Notes: generated from the letters alone by a model not told the origin. 64,000 nucleotides of DNA from Octopus vulgaris (GCA_951406725.2 OX597823.1:42098001-42162000); one strand, 5' to 3'; shown: positions 1-13,880, counted from the stretch's first letter. Translations and numbers: made by a program.

Positions 1-254
1 TATAAATTTACTTCTAATATTGGATAAAATTTTTTCCAAAAATTTCATCAAGTGGCCAGCATATTAAAATAGTTTTCAGGTGAAAATTATAAATAATTAT
101 AAATAAATATCACTAGTGATATATATTATATGTGGTGATTGACGACTTAAAATCTATTCCTCGGCATATTGGCATAGAAATTTTTCTTTTGGCCTTATTT
201 ATAATTATATATATATATTGATAAAAACGGTAAGACAACATATATAAATCTTAG

Positions 255-467
255 TTCTTTATTGCCCAGAAGGGGCTAAACACAGAGGGGACAAACAAGG
301 ACAGACAAAGGGGTTAAGTCGATTATATCGACCCCATTGCATAACTGGTACTTAATTTATCGACCCCGAAAGGATGAAAGGCAAAGTTGGAATTGGAACT
401 CAGAACGTAGCGGCAGACGAAATACCGCTAAGCATTTCGCCCAGTGTTCTAACATTTCTGCCAGCTC
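255..467 (-). mobile_element. SINE family B, long-tail variant
   Basis: Reverse complement reads GAGCTGGCAGAAATGTTAG...GTTCTGAGTTCCAATT...GCCTTTCATCCTTTCGGGGTCGATAAATTAAGTACCAG...GCAATAAAGAA; homologous to 14311-14543 and 23878-24104. Confidence 0.85.
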
Positions 468-468
468 C

Positions 469-671
469 TGTCTCTGTGTCCGTGTTTGTCCCCCACCATA
501 GACTGACAACAGGTGTTGGTGCATTTATGTCCCTGTAACTTTGCAGTTTGGCAAAGGATACCAGTAGAATAAGTACCAGGTTAAAACTAAAATGTACTGG
601 AATTGATTCCTTTGATGAAGGTGATGCTAAAGCATGGCTACAATCTAATGATTGAAGCAAAAGATAAAAGA
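469..671 (+). mobile_element. SINE family A, 3' half
   Basis: tgtttgtccccc...tgacaacaggtgttggtg...agaataagtacc...gcatggctaca...aaagataaaaga matches the 3' half of 11128-11534. Confidence 0.7.
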
Positions 672-1256
672 TGTGTGTAACATGTCTAGACATTTGTGTC
701 ATATGTCGACAAACATGTGTTACATATCTTGTCATGTGTTAAATGTTTTTACCAATCTAGACATCTTGCATGCCAATATGAGAGAGTATGGTGCTTATTT
801 TCCCTTTCAAAAGTATTAATATTCTATGTGAGATAGAAAATTATGAATAAGGAACTCTAACTGTTAGATTTGATACATCAAGGCTTTCATTCTTGTATGC
901 AGAACTTTCCACATTCAAAGAAAATATTAACACTTTTCTGCTCTGATTATCAAGATATTGTTTTTTTAAAAATATGATATTAATAATACAATGTATTTTA
1001 AAGTACTATTAAACTGAAGGAGTTAAAACTGCAAAATAAAGCCTAGGAAATAAAACAATACAGGTATATCAGTATTACTTGTTACCATTTTTATCAGGAA
1101 AGAATTGTTTTAGCATCAAAAGATGGTAGTCATTTCTGAAGAGCATGTGGTGTTATCTAATATCTGGTTATCTAATACTCAGTGTGAAACTGATTAGTAA
1201 GATTGGCTGAAATGGATCTATGGCATTGTATATTTTGATTCAATTACGTGTGTGTG

Positions 1257-1289
<33 letters not shown>

Positions 1290-1348
1290 TTAGGGAGAGA
1301 GAAAGATAGTGAGATGATACAATTTCCTTATATATGTGACGATGTGTT

Positions 1349-1392
<44 letters not shown>

Positions 1393-1862
1393 AAAGGAGG
1401 AAAATGGAAATCTTTTGGCATTAGTTTTCTCCACTACACATGGAATTTGCCCTATATATATATAAAATATGACCCCAGAGGATGAGAAAGGAATATATGG
1501 AGAAACAGGAAAAGCACATGAAACTGAACAATAGACACAGACTTGCTCAACCCCTCATCAGTTATTGATGAAATATTACCACAATTTCAGAACCTATGTT
1601 AATATAGTTCAGTTTGGTGGTGACAGCAACATAAGCTGTTGGGGAATACATGAGCAGACATAAAGGATGAACATGGGCAGAAAAAAAAATTATATTATTC
1701 ATAACAAAAGAAATAAATAAGCAAGCACAGTAACAGAGTGAAAAAATAAACGACAGGAAGATATTCATATACAACAAATATCTTGCGTCTATGTGACAAT
1801 AGTATGATATACTTGCACAAAGTAACACATATTGGGAAGGCAATATACATACATATAAGCAT

Positions 1863-1950
1863 GCATGCATACATGCATACATACATACATACATACATAC
1901 ATACATACATACATACATACATACATACATACATACATACATACATACAT
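1863..1950. repeat. (CATA)n microsatellite
   Basis: Direct tandem CATA run. Confidence 0.95.
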
Positions 1951-2295
1951 GGTTTTGATATATATGTGATAGTTTAAAAGGTTTTACTGTGACTGAACCC
2001 ATAAGATTCTCTTCTTTTTTCCTTGTATTTGAACATAAAAGAAATAATTCTCTTTGAGAGGTTTTTCCTTTTTTTTTTGCTTTTGTTCTTTTTTGTGTTT
2101 AAAGCATGGAAAAGCTTTCAATGTCTTTAGATTCTCTTTAAGGAGTTATATTTTTTTTTTATTTCAAGAATTTTTTTGTTTGTTTTACATTTGTGATATT
2201 TATTTCTTATTTGGCTTTGAATCGAGTACACTTACTGCTTAAATGTTATGCAACTAATGGCAAAATCTGGCAAGCATTGACCAAAGATTATCAAC

Positions 2296-2505
2296 ATCAT
2301 TATCATCATCGTTTTAACATCAACTTTTCCATGCTTGCACGGGTCAAACAGAAGACACTGAGGCAGATTTTCTATGGAGGATGCCTTTTCTTCTCATCTC
2401 TCACCTTTTTTCTGGGCAAAACACATTTTCGTGGAGATTTGGAAATGACGGACACTGCTTGTATGACAGTCTCATTGACAAGTATTGTACTATGTCAAGA
2501 CAAGG
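2296..2505 (-). mobile_element. SINE family C, 3' half with (GAT)n tail
   Basis: Reverse complement ends gcaagcatggaaaagttgatgttaaaacgatgatg; homologous to 16680-17108. Confidence 0.7.
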
Positions 2506-2811
2506 AAATTCAGTCAAAGCCAACCCATTAGACCAATGAATCTCATAAGAGCACAAGGTCTCATATATAGGAATCAGCAAACAAGCCTTGAGATGATGTG
2601 TGTTCTTGTCTGCCAAGTACATAATAATCCATTGGAAACATGCAGAACAGCAAGCATTTAAATTATAATATGTCTATTCATTTTTATTATATTCTAGCAG
2701 TTTGGGGCATGAATAGCTGATTGCTGTTGTTTTTCATCATCTGAGAACACCCCTTGAATTATATACTCTGCATGAAATATACACATTCTTTTTTTTTTTT
2801 TTTTTTCATTT

Positions 2812-3230
2812 TAGTCTTTTACTTTTTCAGTCATTTGACTCTGGCCATGCTGGAACACCGCCTTGAAGTGTTTTAATCAAACAAATCAATCCCAGGGCTT
2901 ATTTTTTTAAAGCCTAGTACTTATTCTATTGGTCTCTTTTGCTGAACTGACAAGTTACAGGGACATAAACACACCAACACCGGTTGTCAAGTAGTGATGG
3001 GGTACAAACACTGATACAAAGATGCACACACACGTATATATGTATCTATATATATATATATATACATATATATGATGTGCTTCTTTCAGTTGCCACCTAC
3101 CAAATCCACTCACAAGGCTTTGGTTAGCTCAAGACTATTGTAGAAAACACTTACCCAAGGTGCCATGCAGTGGGACTTAACTCATAACCATGTGGTTGGG
3201 AAGCAAGCTTCTTACCACACAGCCACACAT
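2812..3230 (-). mobile_element. SINE family A, full length
   Basis: Whole-length homology to 11128-11534, including the internal TA/CA microsatellite. Confidence 0.85.
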
Positions 3231-3330
3231 GCAATCTTTGAAAAGAATTGGAAATTAAAGTAAAGGAAAATTAGCCCCCAAACATCACTTTCAGCTATTG
3301 GCAGATTTATTATTTATAACATTGTTTCAG

Positions 3331-3389
3331 TGACACCATTTCAACAAGTGCATTTGTCAACATATCCACGATATCTCAATAGAATTTCG
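3331..3389 (+). CDS. Candidate small exon (xTPFQQVHLSTYPRYLNRIS)
   Basis: ttgtttcag acceptor, gtaggt donor, one open frame, non-repeat sequence; no homology recognised. Confidence 0.25.
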
Positions 3390-3462
3390 GTAGGTTTTAT
3401 ATCTGATGCTGTTTTTCTTCCTTGCTCATTATATACATTTAACTATCACTAAAAATATCCAG

Positions 3463-3507
3463 GCCTCTACACATAAAAAATCATCTTTTTTATCAAAATC
3501 TCGTCTA
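3463..3507 (+). CDS. Candidate small exon (ASTHKKSSFLSKSRL)
   Basis: atccag acceptor, gtgagt donor, phase-compatible with 3331-3389 across a 73-nt intron. Confidence 0.22.
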
Positions 3508-4699
3508 GTGAGTATGTGACTGACCAAATCTGTAATCTTGTGTTGATTATCAATAAAATTTAGTTAATCTTATGCAAAATCATGAAAATCACAATTCATA
3601 TAAATTCTGAGTCATTAGATGGAGAATCATATTAATAGATAAAATTTGCATGATTGTTTAACATTTGGGAATTGGGATTTGTTTCTTCTTTTGAGGAAAA
3701 CGTTGAGCATGATTTTCTATATGTAGGTGACTAGGACATTGCTAATATATGCATGATTAATTATCATAGAATTTTGTGAACAGTTCTGTAGTTACTATAG
3801 TGATTAGAGGTGCCAACAATAGGGCGTCTACTGGGTCACTCGACTTTCTAAAAGTAGCAGCCAAATTCCTTCAAATTACTTACTAATGTCTTAGGATACA
3901 TTTGATAATGTGGCACTGTGTTCTTAGCATAGGGAAAAAGATAGGATGTTCATGGCTCAAATGCCTTTGATCATGGCTCTTCTCAGTTAGTATTAACCTA
4001 GGGTCAAACAACGACAGTCAAAGAATTTAAATTCAAATATTTTCTTTTGACTGACACAGTAGGGACCTGTGATGAATTCTTTATATGACATTAAAAGCCA
4101 TATTAAAACAACAGATAAATTTAGCCAAGAAGATGATAAATACATGTTATATCCTGGAATGTGCTTTGTATGAAATCCAAAATGTAAGTCTTAGCAACAC
4201 TAAAATGAGGATAATGGTAGTTGTTCCAAATATTGGTACAAAACCAGCTATTTTTAAAAGGAAAGGGGTTAATCACTGCCATCGACCCCAGGTGCTTATT
4301 TTATTCATCCTAAAAGGAAGAAACATAATATGCTTCCTGCCTCACAACACATTTGACAATTTCTCTCCAGAAGGCAGCCAGCTTCAGAAGCATTAGCATG
4401 CCAGACAAAATTCTTAATGACATTTTGTCTGTCTTTATGTTCTAAGTTCAGATTCCACCAAAGTGGACTTTGCCTTTCATCTTTTCAGGGTCAGTGACAT
4501 AAGTTCCAGTCAAATATTGGTGTTAACATAAACAACTTCTTCCTCCTTTAAGAACTGCTGACCCCGTACTAAAATTTAAAACCATTGTTTTTCTCCAGGT
4601 GAACTTCTATGTGCACTTTCTTTTCTATCTATCTTCGTGGTCCCATTCTCTGTTGTATAATATCTTCTATTATATTCAAGACTGTTTCTTACTTCTTAT

Positions 4700-6045
4700 A
4701 GTTATGTATCTGTAATCTTTATGGTGCCTGTACATCTTCCACATACGAACATTACTTTCTCTGTTAACTTTCCTACTATTCCACTGGACCTCTTGCATGT
4801 TCATAGCTTGCACTGGGTATACCAAATGAAATTTCTGCCTTACACCCTTTTTACATACCAAACAAGGCTGTTTATCTGAAGGGTGAAAAGTCTTAACCAA
4901 TTACTTGCTTACTCAGATCTTGGTTTTTGTTAAGTTAACTTTGATTCCAGGTTCTGTTTCCACACTAGGAATTTCGTATCTAACTCTGCTACATATTCTG
5001 TTATTAGGGCCAGATCATCAGCATATAGTTGTTCCCATGGGCTTTTAGTCTTAAATTCCTATGTAATGGCCTTGATGAAAGCCTACCTGTACACTAAATT
5101 CATCACTGTACCCATAGTGAACTCTTACTTTACTAACAGCACCTCTCTACATGACCTGTACTACTTCCACAAGCCATTCATCTACCACTAGCTTCCTGAG
5201 AGACCACTATATCACAGAGCCAGGTATTTAGTGGAAGGCCTTCTCTAAATCAACAAATGCCAAGTGCAATGGCTTGTTCTTAGCTAAATACTTTTTGCAA
5301 TTGCCTGACTATGAAAATAGCTTCAGTAGTGCTTTTCCATGGGGCAAAGCCAAACCACATTTCATCAAGTATAATTCTGTTCCTAATTAATTGTGCAATA
5401 ATTCTCTCTTCAATTTTCATTATCTGGTCCAGCAATTTGATGCTTCTATAATTACTTTTGTCTAAGGCATCTGACTGTGATGCTGCTACATTTGTCACTC
5501 AGGATTATGCATTTCTGAAAAACCTGATTTACTATATGGGTGACAAGGCTGTATTCAACTCTACTAGATGTCTTAAGCATCTCAGTGTTGACTCCTGATG
5601 GACCAGGGGCTTTCCCTATATTCATATCTTTAATTGCCTTACCTATAATGCTGCTGTCAACTAAGACATCTGGTCTCTCTATTGTATTCACATGAAGGAG
5701 ACTCCCTTTCTCCCATTCCTTCTCCATATTTAATAGCCTTTCATAGTAGCTCTTCCATGCCTCTTACTTATCAGGATCACTTAGAGTAAGTGTACCATTA
5801 ACCACTAAGAGTAAGTGTACCATTATTTGTCCATATACACTTCTCTCCCACAACATCTTTATACTCTCTAACACACTGCCTGGCAATCCAGAACACCTCA
5901 AGTCTCTGATCTTCATGCTCTAAGACATAAGCATACAACTTCCTTTCTGATTCTGTCCTAGCTACATATATCTGGCACCTAGCTTGTCTTTAGCTAGCTA
6001 ATATGATTCTTTGCTACCCACCATTCTTCCACTCTTTTCAAGCCC
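4700..6045 (-). mobile_element. Decayed RTE-clade LINE reverse-transcriptase fragment
   Basis: Minus-strand peptides GKAPGPSG, NYRSIKLLDQIMKIEERII, FGFAPWKSTTEAIFIVRQLQ and PWEQLYADDL (YADD motif near 5010-5040), with stops and frameshifts. Confidence 0.9.
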
Positions 6046-6741
6046 ATTCCAAATAAATGTAGTGAAAGACTGGGAGTAAAAGAAAAAAGGAATATTTACT
6101 AAAGTGTAAAAGAATTTAGCAATTTTTTCCCCACTTCATATAAAATTATTACATAAATATTCATTAAGAGAGTCTAATTCCTGTTATGATATGATTTAAT
6201 CTTAAAAATTTTTTGTGTCATTTTTTTAACAATGTGTAACCACCCACACAAATTCTAAAGATTCTTTTTTATTAGATTTGTTTGGATAGTTATGAATTGT
6301 TCAAAATTCCAAACCATTTTTTCCTGGTGTTAGAATGTCTAGATCTTGCAACAATATTGCTTGCTTCTACAGTAAATTGAATACTGAACTAACATTAGAA
6401 ATACACAATATTCACAGCTTCATATTTATGAAATCTGAAGAAATTTTATCACTCTTTGAAGACAGTTTTAGTGAAAATTCAATAGCTTCTCAATGTTTCT
6501 GCTATGTTCACCACTTTGGAAGAGTAAGAATGTAGAGTACCAGACTAAATTCCTTGTTATATTTAGTTTCATTTCTCTCTTTTCTGATCTAAAATAATAA
6601 TGGTATCAATGAAATAAATTTTATTCTTCAGCAAATTTGCAGCCATTTTCCCTGTTTAAATATTGAGTATTTTTCAAATAAGGAAAATATAAAGAATAAT
6701 GAAAGAAAGGAATGATAAAAATATAAAGAGTAGAGGAAGAG

Positions 6742-6915
6742 TTATTTGGTTAGAATATAAAGAATAACTGTGTAGTTAAAATATAAGGAATAAAAGAATG
6801 ACTGGCTAATATATAAAGAATAAAAGAATAAGTGTTTGGCTAAAATATGGAGTGTAAAAGAATAACTGTTTGGCTAAAATATAAGGAATAAAGGAATAGC
6901 GAAATAGCTGTATGG
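6742..6915. repeat. Degenerate minisatellite, unit about 33 bp (taaaatataaggaataaaagaataactgtttggc-like)
   Basis: About five imperfect tandem copies visible. Confidence 0.75.
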
Positions 6916-7494
6916 TGAAACATTTTCTCCATAATCATGTGATCATATGTTCAATCTCACTGCATGGTACCTTGGACAAATGTCTTTTATTGTTACATTG
7001 GGTCAGCCACATCTTTGTCAGCATTCTTACTGCAAGGCCCATTTCTTCAAGGTTACTCAAAAAAATGTATCAAGGTAGTGGATAGGTAGAATTGTTATGG
7101 CATCAGACAGGATACCTTGCTGGAATTGTTATGGAATTTAAGGCATTTAGTTCTTAGTTGGAAGATTCTGTCTGGTACCCCCTTTAATACCACTACTTGG
7201 TCCTTTGGTGACTTGAGAAAGTTCACTCTGTTGCAAGCATTTGAGCCTACCTCTGCACTGAGAACATTCTCTTTCATCCTACCTTTCTCAGAGGCCACAA
7301 GAAATTAAGGAGTTATGGGCACATCCCTACTCTCCTTGACAAAAATATACTTAGTGATTCTGCGAAAAAGAGAGTGATAGAATAAGTAACCAGGCTAAAA
7401 AAAGAATAATTACTAGGATTGGTTCATTCAACAAAAAGTTTTTCAAAGTGGTGCCCCAGTATGACCACAAACTAATGACTGAAATAGATAAAAG

Positions 7495-7539
<45 letters not shown>

Positions 7540-7746
7540 CATACACACACACATGACATATATATTTAATTTTGGTATCTTTTTTTTAAATTCTAAACCT
7601 TTGATCCTTATCTTTAAATATATTTTTATGACCACATATAAAGCATAGCAGGGATTTTTGCCATAAATTTATAATCAGATGTAGAAGAGTTTGTTCTCTT
7701 TAAATGATAAAAAGTTTGGTGATTAATTTTTTTTTTTTAATTCTAG

Positions 7747-7790
7747 ATCGTTGACTGATAGTATCTTCTCCCATTTTAAGCATATTATAA
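7747..7790 (+). CDS. Candidate small exon (xSLTDSIFSHFKHIIx)
   Basis: Long poly-T plus aattctag acceptor, gtatgt donor, single open frame. Confidence 0.22.
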
Positions 7791-7928
7791 GTATGTAGTA
7801 GTAAACTTGGAAAAGCTGATGGAGTTTGCACAGAAGATCAAAGTGTTCCATACATGTGTCAGTCATCTATTTCCAATGATATTGAGGTCTAATTCTTTTT
7901 GCATTAAGTGTGGTTTGTTGATATAAAG

Positions 7929-8195
7929 CATCATCATTATCATCATCATCATCATTGTTTTTATGGAACTTTGCCATTCTAGTATGGGTTAGATGGAATT
8001 CACTGAGGAAGATTTCCTAGTGACAGATGCACTCCTTGTCACTAATCCTCACTTGCTTCCAAGTAAGGTAATATTTCCCTATGGCCAGACATATTTTCAA
8101 GAATGACACTGCTTGTATGACAGTGATACTCATTTACAACTATCACATGACGTCAAGACAAGAAAACACTAGTATAGACTCACTAATACTTGCAT

Positions 8196-8233
<38 letters not shown>

Positions 8234-8404
8234 ACATGTTTGATGGGCTTCTTTGAGTTCCCATCAATGAAATCCATTCGCAAGGTTTTGATCAGCCTTG
8301 GGCTATTGCAGAAAACACTTGCCAATGGTGCCACATCGAGGAATTGAACTTGAAACAGTGTGATTGGGAGACAAACTTTTGAACCACATAGCCACACCTG
8401 CATC
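7929..8404 (-). mobile_element. SINE family C, full length
   Basis: Family-A-type head at 8240-8404, (CA)n middle, different 3' half ending in (GAT)n. Confidence 0.8.
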
Positions 8405-8486
8405 TTCTCAAACACAAGTAGCAAGTATATTTCAACTAGGTATACTTGTCGTGTGTGCGAACAGACATGTATAATTGTAGACACTC

Positions 8487-8697
8487 TCTTTTTCTCTCTT
8501 TTTACTTGTTTCAGTCATTTGACTGCGGCCATGCTGTAACACCGCCTTTAGTCGAGCAAATCGAACCCGGGACTTATTCTTTGTTAGCCCAGTACTTATT
8601 CTATCGGTCTCTTTTGCCGAACCACTAAGTGATGGGGACGTAAACACACCAGCATCAGTTGTCAAGCAATGCTAGAGTGATAAACACAGACACACAA

Positions 8698-8757
<60 letters not shown>

Positions 8758-8910
8758 GACAAGCTTCTTTCAGTTTCCGTCTACCAAATCCACTCACAAG
8801 GCATTGGTCGGCCCGGGGCTATAGCAGAAGACACTTGCCCAAGATGCCACGCAGTGGGACTGAACCTGAAACCATGTGGTTGGTTAGCAACCTACTTACC
8901 ACACAGCCAC
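8487..8910 (-). mobile_element. SINE family A, young copy
   Basis: Very similar to 59090-59520 and to the reverse complement of 11128-11534. Confidence 0.92.
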
Positions 8911-9007
8911 TTACACATTCTGATTTATTTTCAGTCATCTCTATATATTTGTATGTGTATTTTGGGGGTGCAGAGGTATGTTGTGCATAAGAATTTTCTG
9001 TACAAGA

Positions 9008-9010
<3 letters not shown>

Positions 9011-9074
<64 letters not shown>
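9011..9074. repeat. (TG)n microsatellite
   Basis: Pure TG run. Confidence 0.95.
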
Positions 9075-9077
<3 letters not shown>

Positions 9078-9339
9078 TACACTGATACACATTCATACAG
9101 AAGCTTTTCAAAGAACACAAAGCACTGACATAGAGCATTATTTTTCAAGTGTCTTGGTACATCATGGATCCTTCTTTGGAACATTCATTCCAAAGATGGT
9201 ATATTCTTCAGGATGACAGCATAAGATTCCATCAGAACTTATTGATGAGCTGCCTATCTCTATATCTCTCTCTCTCCAAGTTATTTAACTTGAAGTTATT
9301 GGATTAGCTAACACTAACACCTCAACTTCTGTTTCTTAG

Positions 9340-9393
9340 AATTAAAGAAACTACTGCAATCTTTGAGGGAACATTCTAGTATTCTTGTACCAA
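9340..9393 (+). CDS. Candidate small exon (xLKKLLQSLREHSSILVPx)
   Basis: ctaac branch point, pyrimidine tract and ttag acceptor; donor gtgaaa is uncertain. Confidence 0.18.
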
Positions 9394-9607
9394 GTGAAAA
9401 AAAATCTGATATATTTTTTTTTCATTTTTTATAATTTTTCCTTAGTGAATAATTTGTATTGACACCATCTTGTTTTTTTTATTATTCATTCAACAACAAA
9501 ATCACCACCACTACTGCTACTACTAATAATAACAACAACAACAACAACGATAAAGTAATAGTGTTATTACTATTAAGGCTGGTGTGCTACATTTTATGGC
9601 ATTTCAG

Positions 9608-9657
9608 TTCTTCTAAGTGTCTTATTTGTTCTTTTATTCGTTTCGTTCATCAATGAT
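9608..9657 (+). CDS. Candidate small exon encoding a hydrophobic helix (xLLSVLFVLLFVSFIND)
   Basis: atttcag acceptor, gtatgc donor; hydrophobicity may simply reflect T-richness. Confidence 0.2.
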
Positions 9658-10318
9658 GTATGCAATGCGCTGTAAATATTCATCATTCTTAGTTTTGTTT
9701 TTTTTTTATATATATTTCCATCATCTTGTCTTTTGCACCTGTTCTTGTTCATGTTTCTCTACTCTCTCTCGAAATCCCCTCTCTCGAAATCCCCCTCTCT
9801 GAATCCCAATTCTCTCTTTATATATATATATCTGTCTTTCTGTCCTTCCTTTTCCAATGCATAATAGCAACTGAATCCCAGAAGAGAGAATGTTGAATAA
9901 AATATTTATTTTACCTATAAATTTTTTTAGTGTTTGATGTTATCTGAATGGTGGGTCAACAAGTAAAATGATATATACATGCATAAGAAAAGATACAACC
10001 ACTTTTCTACGACTGCATGGGTTGGACAATGTCTACAGAGGCAGATTTTTAATGACTGGATGCCCTTCCTATTGCCAATCCTCACTTGTTCCAAGCAAGA
10101 TAATTTTCCCCCTTGGCTGGACTTGTTTTGCAGAGAGCCTATAGACAAACAACATTACCTATATGATAGTGATGCTTGCCTACAGCTGTCACATGACATC
10201 AAGAGAAAGGTATTTTCACTTAAATACACACACACACACATGTGAAGGAGTACAAAGTTAAAACCAGTTCAAATATGTTCAAATATTTGGACCTGGAAAG
10301 GCTTTTCACTAACATTTA

Positions 10319-10702
10319 GCAGGCATGCATGAATGTCTGGTAAGAAGCTTGCTTGCCAACTACATGGTACCTTGGGCAAGTGTCTTCTACTATAGCTTTG
10401 AGCCAACCAAATTCTTGTGAGTGGATTTGGTAGATGGAAACTAAAAGTAGCCCATCATATGTGTGTGTGTGTGTGTGTCACTTTGTGTCTATGTTTGTCC
10501 CTCCCAATACCAGTTCAGTACTGGTGCTGGTGTGTTTACGTCCCAAGAGACTAGTAGGGACGAACACAGACACAAAGAAACTGATAGAATAAGTACCAAG
10601 CTTTAAAAAAGTACGAAATGGGGTTGATTCATTTGACTAAAAAATCTTCAAGTCAGTGCCCCATCATGGCCACAGTCAATGACTCAAACAAACGATAAAA
10701 GA
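10319..10702 (+). mobile_element. SINE family A, diverged copy
   Basis: accttgggcaagtgtcttctactatag...gtgagtggatttggtagatggaaac...catggccacagtcaatgact. Confidence 0.8.
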
Positions 10703-10762
10703 TATCTCTCAAACACATTAGAAGTGGTCTTAAGTTTGTGTGTATATCTATTTATCTATCTA

Positions 10763-10799
<37 letters not shown>

Positions 10800-10834
10800 A
10801 CATATATATAAATATTATACATATATATATATAA

Positions 10835-11600
10835 TTTTTTAGTCAAATGAATCAACCTTGCTACTTATTCTTTTTTTTAAAGCCTGACATATATTCTATT
10901 AGTGTCTTTTGCTGAGCTGTTAAGTTATGGAGACATAAACATACCAGCACTGGCTGTCAAGTGGTGATGGGGGACAAATGCAGACACAAAGACACACACA
11001 AATATATATATGTATGTGTGTGTGTGTGTGTACACACACAACAAGCTTCTTTTAGTTTCCATCTACCAAATCCACCTACAAGGTTTTGGCCAGCCCAAAG
11101 CTATGGTAGAAGACACTTGTACACAGTGGCGCAGGAGTGGCTGTGTGGTAAGTAGCTTGTTTACCAACCATGTGGTTCCGGGTTCAGTCCCACTGCGTGG
11201 TACCTTGGGCAAGTGTCTTCTACTATAGTCTCAGGCCGATCAAAGCCTTGTGAGTGGATTTGGTAGACAGAAACTGAAAGAAGCCTGTCGTATATATGTA
11301 TATATATATGTATGTGTGTGTATGTTTGTGTGTCTGTGTTTGTCCCTCTAGCATTGCTTGACAACCGATGCTGGTGTGTTTATGTCCCCGTCACTTAGCG
11401 GTTCGGCAAAAGAGACCAATAGAATAAGTACTGGGCTTACAAAGAATAAGTCCCGAGGTTGAGTTGCTCGATTAAAGGCGGTGCTCAAGCATGGCCGCAG
11501 TCAAAATGACTGAAACAAGTAATAAAAAAAAAAGAGTGGGACTTAATCCAGGACCACGTGGTTGGGAAGTAAGCATCTTACCACACAGCCAGACCTTTGC
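10835..11600 (-). mobile_element. SINE family A host copy, split by an insertion at 11128-11534
   Basis: agacacttg...cagt resumes as agtgggact...ccacacagcc after the insert. Confidence 0.8.
11128..11534 (+). mobile_element. SINE family A, young full-length copy (reference copy used here)
   Basis: tRNA-like head (TGGCTGTGTGG A-box-like, GGTTCAGTCCC B-box-like), accttgggcaagt, internal TA/TG repeat, A-rich tail; possible AGT duplication at 11125-11127 and 11535-11537. Confidence 0.92.
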
Positions 11601-11911
11601 TTGTTCCACTGTGTGTGTATGTGTGTGGGGGGGAGGTTGGGGTTATGTGTGTGCACCTCTGTCTTGACATCATGTGATGTTGATCATTTTCAGTAGTCTT
11701 CTGTGAAAAACATGTGGTTACAGGGAAATATTATCTTGATCAGATTCCATCTGACCCATGCAAGCATGGAAAAGTGGACATTAAAATGAAAATGATGATG
11801 ATGATGGTTTGCATTATTTTCTTATATATATTATGAACAACAGATCATCAATAATAATGATTTTGTGTGCATGTGTGTGCGTGCATGTGTGTGCGTGCAT
11901 GTGTGTGCGTG

Positions 11912-11953
<42 letters not shown>

Positions 11954-12421
11954 TGTCTTAACTAAATTAATGGAGTTGAGTTGCTGATACAATTAACTCC
12001 TTGCACTACCTCCAGGGAAACATAAACTCATGCTTCATTAGTTTAGAATGTAATGCCTTATCCATTTTGACTAATTTATATAAAAATGATGATTGTTGAG
12101 GTTGTAGTTGTGGTGGTGGTGGAGGTATTGGTGTGGAGGTTATTGGTGATGTTAATCTCTTGAATAGCAATACCTGTGGGTCATAAATTATCCAGTTAAC
12201 ATTGCAAAAAAGATCCTAAGTGACAGTTTCAGCTGAGATTCAATTACATTGTTTTTGGATGTCTAAGCTCAACTCATACGGAATAGAAAACTAGCAATGG
12301 TATATGGTAGGGCAAAGTATCAATTAGCAGGTCTGTCATTTAGCACACACACTCACATATACACACACACACGCATGCATGCACACACACACACACGTGC
12401 ACACACACACATACACACACT

Positions 12422-12936
<515 letters not shown>

Positions 12937-13880
12937 TTATTATTTTAAGAAACAGCTTTGAGTTACATATTCTGATCCATTCAATGAAGATAACAACCTC
13001 ACAGTTTCCTATGCCATCTTTCTTCTTGTATAAAGTTATAAAATAATCAGGCCAAATAAACTTAATCACGTGTATGAAGAACAGAAAAAAAAATGTGGTG
13101 TAGCATAATTATTAATAGATGGGATTATCTCTTTAGAGGTAAATCCATCTAATGCATCTAATGCAATGACTCAGAATATGAAATTTCTAAACTGTGGCAG
13201 AGCAAAACCAACAACAACCATTGTACAAGACAGTGTCATGCACCTGGTTTAATAAAGAATGGCTGTTTGAAGTTCAGATTTTTCTTTGCTTCTGTGCTGA
13301 TATTCTTCGTAAAGTTTATTTCATACGATAATTCACTGAAATTTAATTATAATGCTTTATGTATATTTATTTACCATTTTTCATCTTAATTTTACCAATT
13401 CATTTGCTCTTTTTTGTATATTTATGCAATTTAAAACATGTCAGACATACCATCTCCCCACAAACCCCCCACCCCACCCTCACCCGCTCTCTGTCTTTGT
13501 CGATATGGTAGCATAATGTATACAAAGTGAAATTTGATGTAAACAGAGCAGAATAATAATGAAAAATAATAATAATAATAATAATAATAATAGTAATAAT
13601 AACGTAATAATAATGAAAAATAATGATGGTAATAATAAAATTAAAAAAAAAAAAAAGAATGAAAATAGGAATACATGTTAATAACATCTCTTTGTAGAGA
13701 CAGATATTAGAGAAAATCTCAATAAAGCAGATAAAGAAATTTATTCCATGTTTTACCTTAAATAAAACCTAGTAATCATGGACTGAAAAAATCTGAAGAA
13801 ATTTTAAAATATTAATATAAACAACTTGCATTGTTTGTACTTAGCATTTATTATTATTATTGTTATCGTTATTATTCTTT

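Noticed and set aside
669-730. Imperfect short palindrome
   Set aside because: Low-complexity TG/CA content with several indels; chance pairing is likely.
7117-7308. SALRTF match to sodium-channel domain I S4
   Set aside because: Only six residues, no repeating Arg pattern follows, and no splice donor before the stop.
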